DNA of 38,766 nucleotides, taken from assembly GCA_964236955.1 (NCBI GenBank), contig CAXSGP010000004.1, positions 77,952 to 116,717 on the forward strand. Reading direction: 5' to 3'. Numbering within the stretch: position 1 is the first letter of the stretch; the number at the start of each line of letters is the position of its first letter. Below, in pieces: positions 36,766 through 38,766 of this stretch. The notes beneath the pieces were generated by a model. The model was not told the origin of the DNA. It saw nothing but the letters and a program-made list of their open reading frames with translations, and did not search any database. The position numbers were made by a program, and so were the translations under genes. The stretch is from an uncultured Oligoflexus sp. (GTDB lineage Bacteria > Bdellovibrionota_B > Oligoflexia > Oligoflexales > Oligoflexaceae).

Positions 36766-38067
36766 GTGGCAGTGCCCTCACATTTTAAGTTTTTGCAATG
36801 GGCTGCCTGGCGCTATCTTGTCGCTCGCAAAGGGCGGCACGGACTTTCCTTCATGACCACCTTTTCCATCCTGGGAGTTGTGATCGGAGTCGCGGCGCTG
36901 ATCATCGTCCTGTCGGTTATGGGCGGGTTTGAGCAGGATTTAAAATCAAAAATGCTCAAAGGCCAACCGCATCTGGAGATTCTATCGGCAAATCCCCTTG
37001 CTGGTTTTAGTCTCAAAGATCTCCCCTTATCAAGCTTTCAAAAGCTCTATCCCGATGCCGAAGCTATTCAACCCTACACCGAAGCCGACGTGGTACTCAA
37101 GCAGGGCAAACATCTATCGGCTGTCGTGTTATTTGGAATCGATCCTAAAATCGGTGGATCCCTTTGGGCCTTCGACCAGTCGATGACCGAGGGCACCCTC
37201 GATTCCATAGGCAGAAGCCATTTGCCACTGGTGACCGAAAATGGTGAGAAAAACGAGTGGCCTGGCATTGTTCTCGGGGAAAGCCTGGCGTCTCAACTCG
37301 GGGCTGACCTGGGCGATGAAATTGTAGTGCTAAGCCCCCAAGCCGCGTCCTCGGCGACGATTATGAGTGGTGGAACGGTAACCAGATCCTACGTTGTCTC
37401 CGGGATCTTTCGCACGGGTCTGTTCAATTACGATTCTAAATGGGCCGTGGTCTCCCTGGACGAAGGCCGCAAATTTATGGCGGATTATGATAGATCCCTT
37501 GACGATGGCGAGTATGTGTCCGGCGTCGGGGTCAATACCAGGGACCCCCTTTCGATTGAAACCTACAAACAACGTCTGGCAAAAATCCCCGGCATTCAGG
37601 GCAAGAGTTGGAAGGACACCAATTCCGCGCTGCTCTTTGCCCTCAAACTAGAAAAATATACGATGGGCTCTATCCTCCTTCTCATCGTTCTTGTGGCAGC
37701 CTTCTCCATCAGTGGGACGATGATGATGACGGTTTATCATAAGAAGCAACAAATCTGCCTCTTTCGCTCGCTTGGCATGTCGCAAAAGGAGGTTGGTCGC
37801 CTTTATCTGCTGCAGGGCTTTACGATTGGAACGGTGGGGATCATGGGCGGCCTGTGTCTGGGATTGGCCATGTGCTTTCTTTTACAGCAGTTACGCTATG
37901 CCGATTTACCGGCAAACCTCGTCTCACTTAGAAGTCTACCCGTAAAATATTTGCCGGTTGAGTACGGCGTTATCTGTATAGCTGCCTGGACTCTAAGTTT
38001 GCTTGGAGCCTTTTATCCAGCAATGATTGCGGCCAAACAAAATCCATCGCAAGGCTTGAGGTATTAG
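36766..38067 (+). CDS. Lipoprotein-releasing ABC transporter permease (LolC/LolE family)
   Basis: IGVAALIIVLSVMGGF, LGADLGD, GIFRTG, ALKLEK and YPA..AA...P...LRY. GAGG RBS before GTG 36766; the ORF is open from 36709. Confidence 0.93.
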   Translation: MAVPSHFKFLQWAAWRYLVARKGRHGLSFMTTFSILGVVIGVAALIIVLSVMGGFEQDLKSKMLKGQPHLEILSANPLAGFSLKDLPLSSFQKLYPDAEAIQPYTEADVVLKQGKHLSAVVLFGIDPKIGGSLWAFDQSMTEGTLDSIGRSHLPLVTENGEKNEWPGIVLGESLASQLGADLGDEIVVLSPQAASSATIMSGGTVTRSYVVSGIFRTGLFNYDSKWAVVSLDEGRKFMADYDRSLDDGEYVSGVGVNTRDPLSIETYKQRLAKIPGIQGKSWKDTNSALLFALKLEKYTMGSILLLIVLVAAFSISGTMMMTVYHKKQQICLFRSLGMSQKEVGRLYLLQGFTIGTVGIMGGLCLGLAMCFLLQQLRYADLPANLVSLRSLPVKYLPVEYGVICIAAWTLSLLGAFYPAMIAAKQNPSQGLRY

Positions 38068-38759
38068 TGACAGACACCATTATTCAGCTGAAAAATGTGC
38101 ACAAGACGTTTCAAATCGCGAATCAACAGGTTCACGCCTTGCGCGGAGTTGATCTCTCCTTGAGGAAAGGTCAGCTGGTGGCGGTGACGGGACGCTCTGG
38201 TTCCGGGAAAAGTACGCTGTTGCATGTGATCGGCACTCTTGATACTCCAAGTTCTGGCGCTGTAGCTCTAAATGGAAAAGACGTATCAAATTTGACTGAC
38301 AAAGAGGCGTCGACTTTTAGGAACAGGACCGTAGGCTTTGTGTTTCAGATGAACAATCTGTTGCCCGAATTCTCGGCTCTCGAAAACGTCATCATGCCGG
38401 GTTTGATCGCGGGTTTGAACCGTGATGCGCTTAAGGCTCGTGCCCATGTCCTGTTGAAAGCCGTAGACCTCGGTCATCGACTGGAACATCGACCGGCTGA
38501 GCTTTCGGGTGGCGAACAGCAAAGGGTGGCGATTGCGCGGGCCCTAATGATGGAACCACCGATTCTTTTATGCGATGAGCCCACGGGTAACCTCGATAAA
38601 AAGAACGGTGACAGAGTTGAAGAGATACTGGTGGAACTCAGTCGAAGGACGCAGGTAACCATGTTGCTCGTGACTCACGATAACGAGTTGGCAAAGCGAT
38701 TGCCTTATCAGGTCGTTATGGAAGACGGAAATATTGTGGATTACGGGGGATCTTGGTGA
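38067..38759 (+). CDS. lolD: Lipoprotein-releasing ABC transporter ATPase
   Basis: [36 protein letters not shown] and VTHD. Translationally coupled to the LolC/E permease gene. Confidence 0.92.
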   Translation: MTDTIIQLKNVHKTFQIANQQVHALRGVDLSLRKGQLVAVTGRSGSGKSTLLHVIGTLDTPSSGAVALNGKDVSNLTDKEASTFRNRTVGFVFQMNNLLPEFSALENVIMPGLIAGLNRDALKARAHVLLKAVDLGHRLEHRPAELSGGEQQRVAIARALMMEPPILLCDEPTGNLDKKNGDRVEEILVELSRRTQVTMLLVTHDNELAKRLPYQVVMEDGNIVDYGGSW

Positions 38760-38766
38760 GACTCGA

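Noticed and set aside
1..38766. CRISPR array, rRNA, integrase, reverse transcriptase or prophage genes
   Set aside because: No regularly spaced repeats or corresponding motifs were seen on either strand.

Overview
A ~50% GC bacterial chromosomal window. The gene repertoire (short OPX plus beta-barrel EPS export, vWA lipoprotein, many orphan lipoproteins, SpoIID, pseudopilin) suggests a Bdellovibrionota/Oligoflexia-like or myxobacteria-like organism; this is inference only. Left to right it holds the 3' part of cheB and a complete ~9.4 kb Wzx/Wzy exopolysaccharide locus. The locus encodes an acetyltransferase, GT2, flippase, a co-polymerase fused to a Walker-A-less BY-kinase-like domain, Wzy, a helix-less OPX, an OM beta-barrel and a priming sugar transferase. 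Next come an extended SDR reductase, a di-heme oxidoreductase lipoprotein, a TSUP transporter, prolyl oligopeptidase, USP, rhodanese, a Tat-lipoprotein tyrosinase, uridine kinase and a vWA adhesin-like lipoprotein. The right end holds AraC, SpoIID, a histidine kinase, a prepilin-type protein, Dus, a receiver protein and lolC/E-lolD. Four non-coding signals stand out. (1) A hairpin-dense, + strand candidate ncRNA lies between convergent genes at ~12245-12440. (2) A ~120 bp palindromic repeat occurs twice (20573-20694, 34663-34785), both times between convergent genes. (3) A possible decayed RAYT transposase lies at ~24520-24875. (4) Sigma54 and sigma28 promoter motifs sit in front of the EPS operons. 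No rRNA, tRNA or CRISPR array was seen. All calls are by eye; no database searches were run.
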